Below, in pieces: positions 26,379 to 39,166 of a DNA stretch of 64,000 nt. Each line of letters begins with the position of its first letter. Within the stretch, counting starts at the first letter, position 1. This DNA is from Tubulanus polymorphus. Lineage: Eukaryota > Animalia > Nemertea. The notes below the pieces were generated by a model. The model ran no database searches, had not been told where the DNA came from, and saw only the letters and a program-made list of their open reading frames with translations. A program made the translations under genes and the position numbers. Location: the NCBI RefSeq assembly GCF_964204645.1, contig NC_134026.1, positions 14,106,050-14,170,049 of the forward strand, read 5' to 3'.

Positions 26379-26454
26379 TTATATAATAAAAAAATTAAAA
26401 TTTAAAATATAGCTGCAATGCAGCGATAACGGGTTTTCTGCACAGTCTTAGAAT

Positions 26455-26700
26455 CCTGTTCAACGGTGGATTTCGACGAAGCATTTGATAAGGCACAACA
26501 TCAGCCATTACTAAACAGGCTATTAGGAAACAGTATCAATGATAGGTCGCCCAAATGGCTCAGCAGTTATCTCTGAACGAAAACTTGTAGCCGAAATCAA
26601 CGGAACGCCTCATCTTGGAATAAGTCGGTCAAACTAGTGGAGTCACGCAAGGTAGTATCCTAAGTTGTCTTCTGTTTAATGTCCTGACAAATGACATACA
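26455..26700 (+). pseudogene. Short LINE reverse-transcriptase fragment
   Basis: DFDEAFDKAQH..KWLSSYL and SGVTQGSILSCLLFNV. Confidence 0.7.
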
Positions 26701-27289
26701 CACTAATCCAACATATCCCAGACCGAGTAAATTTCCAAATCGACCTTAACACGCTGTTCGACCAAAAAACTTAATGTTCCAACAAGAAAATCTTGTTTGA
26801 ATGAAAATAATTCTGTTTGATCGAACAATACGCTTTTTGCTTGAACCAAAAATTTTCTTCATTCTGACAAAAAATGTGTTCGAATAAAAAGCTATGTTAT
26901 AGTTGAAATGAAAAATTTTAAGTCCCGGCAAAAAAATTTGGTGGAGCGAAAACAATTTTTTCGAACGAATGTTTGAATGAAAACAATTCTGTTCGATTGA
27001 ACGAAATACTTCATACTTTCGGTTCGGAGAAAAAACTTTTTTCAATATACTTGTTCGAACGAAAAACTTAATGTTCTGACAAGAAAATTCTGTTCAAATT
27101 AAAAAAGATTCTGTTCAATTGAACGATTGTTCAAACGAAAAACCTTTCGTTTGGACAAAAAAAAGTTTGTTCAACTTTGTTCTTGCGATTTTCTCGCATC
27201 GCAGAAAGTAGAACACGTACGACTCCATGTGACTGGCGTTGCTGAAAGGTCAGGACGCCAGTGATATGACGACTGAGTTTCAAGTCGTC

Positions 27290-28324
27290 AAAACGTCACG
27301 ATACGTCAACATATTTATGTTGACTTGATGCGATATATCGCGATATATCGACATAAACATGGCGACTTGTCGAGTTGGAACGCGACAACTCGAGGCCCTT
27401 TATCGCTTCCGTAGATCTTTCATTAAGTAGGATCACTTGAATGATCGCTTTAATATCTACGGAAGCGATAAGGGGCCTCGAGATGTCGCGTTCCAACTCG
27501 ACAAGTCGCCATATTTATGTCGACATATCGCGATATATCGCGTCAAGTCGACATGAATATGTCGACATATCGTGACGTTTTCACGACAAATTTCGCTTTT
27601 TCGCCCATTTTCCACGGGACAAGCCGTCATTTGAAGACACGTCTAAATGTAAGATGAGGACGCCACTAATATGGCGACTGGGTTTCAAGTCGTCGTGAAT
27701 ATGTCGACTTGTCGCGAGGAAAATGGTCGCGGAAACGAAATATGTCGTCAAAACGTCACGGTATGTCGACATATTCATGTCGACTTGACGCAATATATCA
27801 CGATATATCGACATAAATATGACGACTTGTCGAGTTGGAACGCGACATCTCGAGGCCCCTTATCGCTTCCGTAAATATCACTTAAAAAAAAAAAGAATCT
27901 GCCAAAATGACCTTAATATTCGACACATTATCTACGGAAGCGATAAGGGGGCTCGAGATGTCACGTTCCAACTCGAATAGTCGCCATATTTATGTCGACA
28001 TACCGCGATATATCGCGTCAAGTCGATATATCGTGACGTTTTGACGACATATTTCGTTTCCTCGACCATTTTCCTCGCGACAAGTCGACATATTCATGAC
28101 GACTTGAAACTCAGTCGTCATATTACTAGCGTCCTCATCTTACACTTAGACATGTCTTCAAATGACGGCTTGTCCCGTGGAAAATGAGCAAAAAAGCGAA
28201 ATTTGTTGTGAAAACGTCACGATATATCGACATATTCATGTGGACTTGACGCGATATATCGACATAAATATGGCGACTTGTCGAGTTTGAACGCCACAAC
28301 TCGAGGCCCTTTATCGCTTCCGTA
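27290..28324. repeat. Cluster of ~400-bp GTCGAC-rich foldback/MITE units
   Basis: TACGGAAGCGATAAGGGG..CCTTATCGCTTCCGTA inverted ends at 27458-27873 and 27933-28324, partial unit to 27414; repeated at 50870-51445. Confidence 0.75.
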
Positions 28325-28429
28325 CTATATCAGATTAATCCGTACTATATCAGATTAATCGACTTCAAAATAGGCGAAAGCATAAGTCTTTATTACGTTA
28401 TTAATTGGCCTAATTATTCAAAAGCTAAC

Positions 28430-30335
28430 AATGTGGGCGACAAAACCAAAAAAATTAATTGTCGCGGGCGATAAAACCAAAATAATCATTTGTCGCTGGC
28501 GATAAAACCAAAATATTGAATTGTCGCGGGCGACAAAACCAAAAAAAAATGAATTGTCACGGGCGATAAAACCAAAATCTTGATTTGTCGCGGGCGACAA
28601 AACCAAAATATTGAATTGTCGCGGGCGACAAAACCAAACTAATGAATTGTCGCGGGTGATAAAACCAAAATAATGAATTGTCGCTGGCGATAAAACCAAA
28701 ATATTGAATTGTCGCAGGCGATAAAACCAAAATATTGAATTGTCGCGGGCGACAAAACCAAGCTAATGAATTGTCGCGGGTGATAAAACCAAAATAATGA
28801 ATTGTCGCTGGCGATAAAACCAAAATATTGAATTGTCGCAGGCGATAAAACCAAAATATTGAATTGTTGCGTGGACAAAACCAAAATATTGGATTGTCGC
28901 GGGCGACAAAACCAAACTAATGAATTGTCGCAGGCGATAAAACCAAAATAATGAATTGTCGTGGGCGATAAAACCAAAATAATGAATTGTTGCTGGTGAT
29001 AAAACCAAAATATTGAATTGTCGCGGACGATAAAACCAAAATAATGAATTGTCGCGGGCGATAAAACCAAAATAATGAATTGTCGCGTGCGACAAAACCA
29101 AAATAATGAATTGTCGCGGGCGATAAAACCAAAATAATGAATTGTCGCGGGCGATAAAACCAAAATAATGAATTGTCACGGGCAACAAAACCAAACTAAT
29201 GAATTGTTGCGGGCGATAAAACCAAAATATTGAATTGTCGCAGGCGATAAAACCAAAATATTGAATTGTTGCGTGGACAAAACCAAAATATTGAATTGTC
29301 GCAGGCGATAAAACCGCGACATAAAAAAAAATTGTCGCAGGCGATAAAACCAAAATAATGAATTGTCGCGGGCGATAAAACCTAAATAATGAATTGTCGC
29401 GGGCGACAAAACCAAAATAATGTATTGTCGCGGGCGATAAAACCAAAATAATGAATTGTCGCTGGTGATAAAACCAAAATATTGAATTGTCGCAGGCGAT
29501 AAAACCAAAATATTGAAGTGTCGTAGGCGATAAAACCGCGACAAAAAAAAAATTGTCGCAGGCGATAAAACCAAAATAATGAATTGTCGCGTGCTACAAA
29601 ACCAAAATAATGAACTGTCGCGGGCGATAAAACCAAAATAATGAATTGTCGCGGGCGATAAAACCAAAATAATGAATTGTCCCGGGCGACAAAACCAAAA
29701 TATTGAATTGTTGCGGGCGACAAAACCAAACTAATGAATTGTTGCGGGCGATAAAACCAAAATAATGAATTGTCACTGGCGATAAAACCAAAATATTGAA
29801 TTGTCGCAGGCTATAAAACCGCGACAAAAAAAAAATTGTCGAGGGCGATAAAACCAAAATAATGAATTGTCGCGTGCGACAACACCAAAATAATGAATTG
29901 TCGCGGGCGATAAAACCAAAATAATGAATTGTCGCGGGCGACAAAACCAAAATAATGTATTGTCGCGGGCGATAAAACCAAAATAATGAATTGTCGCTGG
30001 TGATAAAACCAAAATATTGAATTGTCGCAGGCGATAAAACCAAAATATTGAAGTGTCGTAGGCGATAAAACCGCGACAAAAAAAAAAATTGTCGCAGGCG
30101 ATAAAACCAAAATAATGAATTGTCGCGTGCTACAAAACCAAAATAATGAACTGTCGCGGGCGATAAAACCAAAATAATGAATTGTCGCGGGCGATAAAAC
30201 CAAAATAATGAATTGTCCCGGGCTACAAAACCAAAATATTGAATTGTCGCGGGCGACAAAACCAAACTAATGAATTGTTGCGGGCGATAAAACCAAAATA
30301 ATGAATTACTGGCGATAAAACCAAAATATTGAATT
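28430..30335. repeat. 31-bp minisatellite (ATAAAACCAAAATAATGAATTGTCGCGGGCG)n, about 60 units
   Basis: Direct inspection; 31-aa periodicity in the ORF track; higher-order duplication of 29401 at 29936. Confidence 0.95.
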
Positions 30336-31076
30336 GGCCTATGTATATGCGTAGGCCTAACATCCGGACAGATTGGTCGTAGGCCTATTGAATAACAACC
30401 CACCTAAATATCGTAAATTTTGTTTTGAAGTTCAATCCAATGAGTCCGTTAATAAAGGCAACAATTATACTGTGTTTTAGTATAGCTCAGTACCGGTAGG
30501 CCTAAAGCCGCGTAAAACTCGATAAACACTTCAAGCGACACAGCGAACGATCTTCTTTCCCCCACAGCGAACGCTTACTCCGAATGTCAAGTGTGAGTCC
30601 AGCATACGGAAAGGAGTGTGTTATATACTTGTTTTTAGTAAATACCTTCTGCATTTGACAATGATCGGTATGTACTGTAGGAAATATAGAGTATTGATGG
30701 TATTGGTATAGAGTTTGTAGCCCGCGGTCGAATAAAGTAATATATATTTTATTTTGATACCTCGTCGACATAACAGCTTTTCTCCGCTATATCTCTTCGG
30801 CGTGTTTGGTTTAGGCCTACGATTCCCCGGTACACTAAAGATATATCTTAGTAAATACACGGTTAATTCGGTAAAGAAAAATAGGTATTGTTAAACTAAC
30901 TCCTTGAAACCCGCAGCCAAATCACTAGTAGTAATAAATTAATTTCTACTCGATTTGATTCTCATGATGAGGAGAAACTCGCAGCTGATCCCCGGAACGA
31001 CGATGTACTAACACACGTCGATTCGTCGATGTTTACGGCTCGACAGAGCTTTGGAAGAAAATAATAATAATAATAA

Positions 31077-32476
31077 TCACGCGGATATCAATAGGGTTTT
31101 CTGTGAAATAACAGAAAACCCTAAATATAATATTCCTCCTTTAACAATTCCTATACAAGTTAAAGCTAATTTAGTATTTTCATGTAATTTATTGTCATTA
31201 TCAGTTTTAATTATATCATGTTGAATATTATCAGTTTTAATATTTTCTGTAGTATTATAATCTTTTATTTTAGAATCATTATTTAATTTATTATTCTTAG
31301 TTTTAGTTTCTGTTGATTGAATATGTTTTTTATTTTTTTCTCCTTCCATTAATTTTGGAGCAGTTATAATCTTTTTATTTATATCATTTAATCCAAATGA
31401 ATTATTTATTGTTGCAGTTTTAATTAGATTATTGTAACCAATTATATTTCCCATCTTTAATACTAAATCATTAGAAATAATTAATAGATTAGGGCCTATA
31501 CAATAATTTAATCTAATATGTGATTTATCTAAATAATTTTGATATCTTACAATGTTTTCTGGAATCGATCTATTTTTATCATTATGTATGGAATCTTCAA
31601 ATAAAACTTTAAATTGTTTTTGTGTATCGAATGATGTATTCAAATTTCCAATTATCGGTGATCTTGTTTCAACTTGTGATCCTAGAATACATATCAAATA
31701 AGTTCTAATAGATTGATTTATTCTTTGTATACCTGATTTTGTAAAACCTTCATTATTTTCTAAAATGAAATAAACCCAACCATTATTGTTTTCTTGTTTT
31801 AAATGATCATAAAATTTCGGTAATTTATTGAAATTTAATGTTTCTAAATCCTTTGTTTCTATTTTACCATAACCTAATTTATTATTATAGATATTATAAA
31901 AACTATTAGATGGTATGGGAAGTGCACAATATTCTGCAATCTTTTTAGGGCAAGGAAGTGATCTTATTGTTCCAATTTTTGTTCTAAAATCAGAATTATT
32001 TATATCTATATTAAATTCATTACAAATTTTATTATCTAATTCTTTAAAATACCAAGATCCTGGTAAAGCGCACTCTAATTCATTTAATATTATTCTGATT
32101 TGAAAGTATGTATGAAATCTAAATAAACTTTGAATTAATTTATATTTAGAATTATTCAAATGATCATTCCAACTAATTCCACAACCTGTTGTTGCACAAT
32201 AAACAGCAAAATTTAATTGGTTCTGCCAATACTTCATATTAGATTTTAATAACCATTGTTTTTCATCTTTCAATTTTTTAATGAAATTAAATATACATGA
32301 AATATATTTTCCATCTTTGCATTAAAATTATTAGTTTCAGTAACATATATTTCTAAATTAGTTAATGAATCTAAAACTTCATTTCTATATGTAATATCTT
32401 TATTAAAATCTATTGCTGGAATATTATATTTAATTGATTTATTATATTGGAAAGCTTTTGGAAAACTATCTACCAT
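31077..32476 (-). pseudogene. Polinton hypothetical protein (WQNQLNFAVYCATTGCGIS motif) with C-terminal hydrophobic tail; frameshift near 32275, last codons displaced by the insertion
   Basis: ORFs 32270..32476 (AATAAATG start) and 31077..32273 overlap at an A run. Confidence 0.65.
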
Positions 32477-32492
32477 TTATTTAATAAAAAAA

Positions 32493-32930
32493 TTAATAAT
32501 TTATTAATTCTTTTAATAATTTATCTTGTTCTTCAACTGTTATATGACCATTTAAACTTATTATATAATCTAGTGTATTCTTTAATTTATTAATTTCTTT
32601 TATATTAGTTTTAATTTTTTCTTTATTACTTTTTATATTTAATTTTGAACTTATACCGGTTAAAACACTTGAACTTAATCCTAACACACCAATTGATATA
32701 GCTAAAGGTCTTAATGGACTGAATATTGCTAGAAATGTTATTACAGAACTAATTGTAACCGAACCACTTATAATCAAATAATATATAATTTTACTTTTTA
32801 GATATTTTTTCTTTTTAACTTTCAAGTCACTTTCAAATTCTAATATTTGTTTTTCTAAATATATTTTTAATTTAGTTTTATTTATATCATGAGGAATGAT
32901 ATCAATATTATCATCAACTTTATCTTCCAT
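32493..32930 (-). CDS. Two-TM protein with coiled-coil flanks
   Basis: IIYYLIISGSVTISSVITFLAIF and LAISIGVLGLSSSVLTGI; T-run/AATAAATG start. Confidence 0.7.
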   Translation of the reverse strand: MEDKVDDNIDIIPHDINKTKLKIYLEKQILEFESDLKVKKKKYLKSKIIYYLIISGSVTISSVITFLAIFSPLRPLAISIGVLGLSSSVLTGISSKLNIKSNKEKIKTNIKEINKLKNTLDYIISLNGHITVEEQDKLLKELINY

Positions 32931-32949
32931 TTATTTAACAAAAAAATTA

Positions 32950-33372
32950 CTAATTAGTAAACTTATAAGGAACAAATATAACAATAACTGTTCCACCTAA
33001 AATCCAAATTATTTCATATTTCTGTTGTTCTTTACTCGGGGTATAATAATCTGATAATTTAGGTTTGTATAGATGTAATTTTTCTTTATTGGTTACCGCG
33101 TTATATAAACTCATTGCATCATCAACTGATTGAAAATCTCTATGTGAAATCTTCTGATCATATAATTCTTTGTTAATATAATCCATATAGTTTTGCCTCT
33201 TTTCTCTATATTCTTCTGCAGCTTTATTATATTTCTCTAACGCTAAGTTATGTCTTCTTTGTTCTCCTAATGAACTATTTTTATCAATATGTTTAAATAA
33301 ATAACCACCACCAGTAAATGCTAAAGCGTTAACAATTGCCGATCCTATAATAGTTATAATTGCAGAAGCCAT
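32950..33372 (-). CDS. Small Polinton protein with hydrophobic N- and C-termini
   Basis: MASAIITIIGSAIVNALAFTGGGYLF..EQRRHNLALEK; T-run/AATAAATG start. Confidence 0.7.
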   Translation of the reverse strand: MASAIITIIGSAIVNALAFTGGGYLFKHIDKNSSLGEQRRHNLALEKYNKAAEEYREKRQNYMDYINKELYDQKISHRDFQSVDDAMSLYNAVTNKEKLHLYKPKLSDYYTPSKEQQKYEIIWILGGTVIVIFVPYKFTN

Positions 33373-33396
33373 TTATTTAGCAAAAAAATTATGCAT

Positions 33397-33618
33397 TTAT
33401 ATGGGAGGAATATATTTTTGTTTTTCCAAATAATCAATAGTTAAATTAGATAAAGTAACTGCTAACGTTAATTTTAAGATATCATTTATATCAAATCTAT
33501 CAACATTAACACTTCCCATTTTAAATACTTTTTTTAATATCATTGAATAACCAACAGTTCCAACTGATAGTAATGCTCCATTATATGATCCAGTTATTAT
33601 CCACTTATTATCACTCAT
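33397..33618 (-). CDS. 73-aa hydrophobic Polinton protein
   Basis: Two hydrophobic stretches, ends DYLEKQKYIP; T-run/AATAAATG start. Confidence 0.65.
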   Translation of the reverse strand: MSDNKWIITGSYNGALLSVGTVGYSMILKKVFKMGSVNVDRFDINDILKLTLAVTLSNLTIDYLEKQKYIPPI

Positions 33619-33974
33619 TTATTTATCAAAAAATTACTATCTTCAAAATATTTAGTTATCTTAGTTATAATTATTTCAACATTTATTTCATTACTAGTTT
33701 CATTTGTATATATTTCAATTATTATTTTTTTAATATCATCGATGATAAAATCTTCATCTAATTCATAAAATCTTAAAGATCCTCTAATCAAATAAGTAAT
33801 CTTTTCTACATTTAAAGTTTCTTTATCTATTGTAGTTTCATACTCAAATGTTGTTTCATTAGAAAATGTAATATTTTTGATATGTGTTATTACATCATTA
33901 ATGTTAAATTTCATTTCTTTCTCACGTTTAAAATCAAATCCAAAACATATACTCGGTCCAACAGTTATATTCAT
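33615..33974 (-). CDS. Hypothetical protein
   Basis: TATAAATG start, tightly packed with neighbours; no motif recognised. Confidence 0.55.
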   Translation of the reverse strand: MNITVGPSICFGFDFKREKEMKFNINDVITHIKNITFSNETTFEYETTIDKETLNVEKITYLIRGSLRFYELDEDFIIDDIKKIIIEIYTNETSNEINVEIIITKITKYFEDSNFLINK

Positions 33975-34743
33975 TTATATATCAAAAATTGCTCTTTACA
34001 TCTTATAATTAATTCATAAATTACAGGAAAGTTATTTAAATCAATTAAGTATCCATTATGATTTCTTACTTCTAATGTAAAATTATGAAATTTAGGAATG
34101 CAAGGTTTAAAATCACATTCTGTTAAATTATAATTTATTTGAGTTCCAAATTGTTTCACATTTTTAGCGGTAAAATATTTAGTATACTAGAACTACAAAT
34201 TGTTTCTTTAGTTGCTTCGAAAGTTTTTGTAGGATCGATTAAATTGCAATAAATATAAAAGTGTGTAAAAGGTATTATATTTGAGATGCCTTCTGCGTTT
34301 CCAGTAACTGTAAGCGGTTTAATTCCTAACATTTTAGCCAGTGGTTTGTTTACCATAAATTTATGTTTTTCATTAGATATCTTTATTCTTATTTTATTAG
34401 TACTATCAATTTTTTTAAATTTAATTTCAAATACAGAAGTGCCCCCGATTTTCAACCGAGCTCTTCTATTAATTTCTTGCGCTAATGATTCTAAATTATA
34501 TAATCCTGGTTTTAAAAATGTATGAAACCATTTATCTTTATTTCTCATATAAATCATAAACCCTCTATGTTCAAAAGTTTTATCCAATATATTATAAAAA
34601 GAATTACATAAACTTATATTTACTAATTTTAAATCAACACAATTCTTAAATTCCCTATCTAATTGAACTAGTAAATTATGAGATTTATAATTTGTAAGTT
34701 TTCTTGAATCAACAAATATTCTGTATTCTTTTAATTCTACCAT
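33971..34743 (-). pseudogene. Minor capsid protein (penton, single jelly-roll), frameshifted near 34157
   Basis: IFVDSR, SFYNI, PGLYNLESLAQEIN, IYCNLID, ILNILP, then FG..INY..FKP..LEVRNHNGYLIDLNNFPVIYELII in the next frame. Confidence 0.72.
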
Positions 34744-34760
34744 TTATTTTACATATTTTC

Positions 34761-35114
34761 TTATTCGAAATCTATTTCATGGTGACCTTTTTCATTCTTA
34801 CCTTTGTATACGAAATAGAAATCTCCAGAACATAATTCTTCTAGATCATCACTTGATAATCTATGAAATCTATCTGGTAAATATGTTCTGAATTTATATG
34901 TATTTCCTTTTAATCCTTCATATTCTAAGTGTATAACTAATTTATCTCCATATTTGTTAGTAACTGTATCAATATTTGTAATTAGATATTTCTTATGGAT
35001 TATTAATTCTTTTAACTTCTTAAATTTATAATCTACTGATTTGACATTTGAAGTATCTTTTATTCTATCTAAAAATAATTTGTTGTTCTCACTGTGCGCT
35101 TGTTTACTCTCCAT
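34761..35114 (-). CDS. 117-aa protein directly downstream of pPolB (possible OB-like ssDNA-binding protein; function inferred)
   Basis: FKKLKEL..NKYGDKLVIHL..YLPDRF..FVYKG; TATAAATG start; paralogue at 19270. Confidence 0.6.
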   Translation of the reverse strand: MESKQAHSENNKLFLDRIKDTSNVKSVDYKFKKLKELIIHKKYLITNIDTVTNKYGDKLVIHLEYEGLKGNTYKFRTYLPDRFHRLSSDDLEELCSGDFYFVYKGKNEKGHHEIDFE

Positions 35115-35143
35115 TTATAATACATATTTTTATTAAAATTTGA

Positions 35144-38100
35144 TTAACACGTTAGAATTCTTTTCATTATATCGTTCTCTTTTGTTTCTTCTCTTTTAAA
35201 TTTTAAGTATTCATCTAAATTACAACCATAAGCAACTGTATGAATTCCATCATCTAAAATATATCTTTTATCATCAAATGGGTTTAGACTAATCTTTTCA
35301 ATTTCTTCTATAAACATTTCATGATCTTCAGATCTTAAACATTTCATCTTATGTTTTCTAACTTCTTCATTGAATATACAATTGATGTAATCTTTGAAAT
35401 GAATATTCTTTTCTACTACACTTTTGGTTATTCCTTTTAACTTTTTAGCTTCATGTTCTTTAGTTTTATATGAATACATTTTAGATCTAATACCGATGAA
35501 TTCAATCATTTCTTCGCCACCTAATTCATCTTTGAATTTACCGGGAACTTTTTTATTATCATTGTAAACAATTCATGATTTTTAGGATAATTACTGAAAT
35601 CAAAATGATGTTTTAATGTTTTTAAATCATCAGTTATGTTATTAGTTTTTATCTTTAATATGTCAGTATCAAAATATAATATTTCTATATGTTTTTCTCC
35701 AAAAAGTGGTTGTAATACATTATAATAGAATTCATACATTAGTAATTTTGATAATTCTAAAACTGAAGCGCCAAGATTGGTTTATTAAATTTCATTGATG
35801 TTCTTCTCATCTTAACTGCAGCTAAATTTTCATCAAATATTCTGTTACCAATGAACTTAGGATATGTTTGTAAATGTCTAATTCTTTTACCATAACTGAC
35901 TAAAGAAATATCATTTCTATTTCTAATATTTTCACAAGTCTTACCATAGAATGCATTATTCATTAACTTGAAGAAATCTTTCTCGAAATCAGTTTTAGCT
36001 TCAGTTCTCTGTTTGGTGTTAAAATCTATATATTTTTCTAACCATTTAGATTGACTGAATGAAATATATCTATGTACTTTTTTTAGAATCATTCCTTGAT
36101 TCAAATAAAACTTCAACATTCTATAATGTACTACATAATTATATTTATCTTCTTGAGTTACCATTAACTTTTCTGTATGAATATGATTTTCGGGTTTAAT
36201 TCTTTTTTGATAATTTGATAATTCTTCATGAGTTACAGTTTTATGTTCGGGACAGTAAGCTAGATTTCTAGATTTAAATTTAATATGTTCAGGATATTCT
36301 AAATCCACAACAAAGAAGTAACCAGTATCTGAATCATCTGCAATATCTAGGATTCTTTTCTTCCAATCAAATTTATCATTATTTTCATTCTGTAAAACTT
36401 CTGTTAATTCAAATTCTCCATAAGGTTGTGGTTCCATCATTGCCCAACCATACAAATTAATTGCATCTATATATAATAACTTATATCCAGGATTATCATT
36501 TACATTGAAATATCTATCACCTAATACACCTGAAACTCCTCCTCTAATAGATTTTTCAAACAATAGCAATTGATCTATATTTGTTAACAAATCCATTTTT
36601 ATATCTGTAAATTTTAATCCACAATCCCATGTTAAACCTGGACTTGAATAACAATGACAAGGATCAATGTTAAAATATTTTAGGTTTACATCTCTAAACC
36701 TTTCGAATATATCGGTTAATAATAATACATCTGATTTTAGATATAAATCTACTAATTGCCCATGATTTTTCATTCTAAAATGATTCCAAATATTCAATGT
36801 TCTATTATATACTTCATCCTTAACATATTCATTTTTTAATTCATCATAGAATTGTTCTTTTAATAATTCAGTTATGTTAAAATCATTATGATTTTTATAG
36901 AAAGAATATGGAATTGCGCCTTTATATCTCATTAATTTAAAATCATCATTATTTGGATAGTGTTGTTTTAATATTTTTAATTCATCATTAACTAATGATT
37001 TTGATAAGTTATCTAGTGAACTACCTAAAAATCTATATGAATCTAATAATCTTAGACACCCAAATTGGAATGATATATAATTCTCAGATGTTTTAGCTAA
37101 CATTTTAAATTTATAAGTTGGTATTTTATCTTTTGATCTATTTGAATTTAATCTTTCTATTTCATTATTAATTTCTTCTATTTTATGGCATAACTGTTTG
37201 ATAAATAAATGTGCATCATATCCTGATAGATTATGAAATATAACTGGAACAAAATTAATTTTCTTAGCTTGTAAGTTACAATTCTCATGTGCAGCGCCTC
37301 TAAACTCTCCATTCAAATGATCATGGTCTCTTACTTTTTTATCTTTATAATTAAATATCTTTTCACAATAATAACATTTATCTGCAAACGCAAATTCTTC
37401 TTTATCTTCTTCTGTCATTATAATTTCTATATTTTTATTTAACTTTTCATTAAATTTTATTTCATATTCAATTAATAAGTCACAAAAATGATTAATAACA
37501 TTTTCATTTCTATAATGATAATATTCACTTTCAATTAGTTCTGGATAATCAGATTTAATATATAACCCGAAAGCAGCAGCTGATTGATGAATCTTTTTAA
37601 TTGTATTTGTTTTTGGTGGTTCATCTGAAAAATCATTTTCATTAGAATTTAATTTCTTTCTTTTATAATATATTTCTTTTCTATCTTGATCAGTTAATTC
37701 TTTATTTAATGATTCAAAATCTCCATATATGACAAATGGTACTTTATTTTTGTAATCATATTTTTTGAATTCTAATATTCTATCATTTTAATTTGGTAAA
37801 ACTAATTTACAATAATCATGATTTTCACATAATTGTTTATGATTTAATAATGCACTTTCAGTTTTGAATTTATGTAAACATTTTCTACATAGATATATTT
37901 TATTATCAAAATCATTTTCTGATTTAAAAAATAAATCAATTCTTTTAATCCACATATAATGATTCTCATAATATAATATATCTATAACATCGTTTGAATC
38001 ATAATCTTTTGATAGGTATAAAGGTTCTAATGTATAATGTTTTATATTGTTACCTTTTGTATTTGGTAATTTGATTAAATCAAATACATTTATCTTTATA

Positions 38101-38816
38101 TTATTATCTCTTTCTATTTTTGGGATGTTTTTAATTATAACATGATACTTATCTATCTTATAATTATTTTCAAATGGTTTATAATGAGTTAATCTAAAAC
38201 TATGTGTAATATCTTCTGTTGGATGTAAACAACTTATTATAGCCCATAGAAAACATTTATCATCTTCATTTTGTACATTTATAACAGCATTAGTTTTAAA
38301 TGGTAGTTTAATATAACTTGATGCTTCAATATCTGGTTCTTTATAATATGATACATTATTTTCATCAATTGGTTTTGATTTAGTTAACTTATTATATTTT
38401 GTGTTATACACATGTAAAGTCATAAATATAATTTCATCAAATATTAAACCAGATCCTTCAAAATATTTCTCTTCGATTTTAGTTTTTACTTCATTATAAC
38501 ATTTATCTAAATTATCATCTATATGTTGTTTATATATAATATGTTGTGAATGAGAATTTATATTATATATTGGTTTATCTTCAGATTTTATAAACTTTAC
38601 TTTAGAAGATATACTAATTTTAGGGTATTCAACATCTATTATTATTTTTATTAGTTCTTTCATATTTTCTAAATGTTTTTTATTTTCTTCTAATGTTTTT
38701 CCTTTATGAAATTTAAACTCGATAGCTGCTGGGCCAATATCACTTTTAAATGCTTCGGTTATCTCTATATCTTTTTTATTATCCAATGAATTAATATATT
38801 TTCTTACATCTTCCAT
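35144..38816 (-). pseudogene. Protein-primed family B DNA polymerase (pPolB) with endonuclease VII-like insert; multiple frameshifts
   Basis: SYIKLP..INVQNEDDKCFLWAI, VPFVIYGDFES (ExoI), RDHDHLNGEFRGAAHENCNL, FHNLSGYDAHLF (ExoII), YIDAINLYGWAM, KLMNNAFYGKT, YFDTD, KMYSY..KLKGI..DDKR across four ORFs. Confidence 0.93.
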
Positions 38817-38890
38817 GTATGGTCTTTTATTGTTTAATTATTTTTTATGCTTTTAATTGTCTTCTGTTTCTTATCATTATCTTTATCAAA

Positions 38891-39166
38891 TTAATCTTCA
38901 CCTAAAATATCATTATTCTTATTTCTAATATGACTTTTAGATTTTAAATGTTCTTTATAATATCTTTTATCACTGAATGATAGATTACATGTATCACATT
39001 TGTATGTTTCTTTTTCATTCTTTAATTCATCTAATTTAGTTTCTAATATATCATCTTTATATTCTAGTTTCAATTTATTCTCTAAATGTGTTTTAGTTTT
39101 ATTATGTCTTGATTTTTGGGATTTATCTATATTACATGTTGGACAGTAGTACTTATTTGCTTCCAT
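38891..39166 (-). CDS. C2H2 zinc-finger ORF, possibly the detached N-terminus of pPolB
   Basis: CPTC..RHNKTKTH and CDTC..F..EHLKSKSH; the downstream pPolB ORF lacks its own TAAATG start. Confidence 0.7.
   Translation of the reverse strand: MEANKYYCPTCNIDKSQKSRHNKTKTHLENKLKLEYKDDILETKLDELKNEKETYKCDTCNLSFSDKRYYKEHLKSKSHIRNKNNDILGED

Larger units (their letters stand above)
26405..31124 (-). mobile_element. Composite HINE-like element (family B termini) inserted into the Polinton
   Basis: 5' end TTTAGGGTTTTCTG..CAGAAAACCCT plus (TTA)n at 31124; 3' end CAGAAAACCCGTTATC-GCTGCATTGCAGC-TATATT at 26405; inserted in a T run with no TSD. Confidence 0.75.

Noticed and set aside
28418-30403. Many overlapping hydrophobic ORFs (LVLSPATIHYFGFIARDN) and a CRISPR-like look
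   Set aside because: Translations of a stop-poor 31-bp tandem repeat; no unique spacers, no cas genes, eukaryotic context
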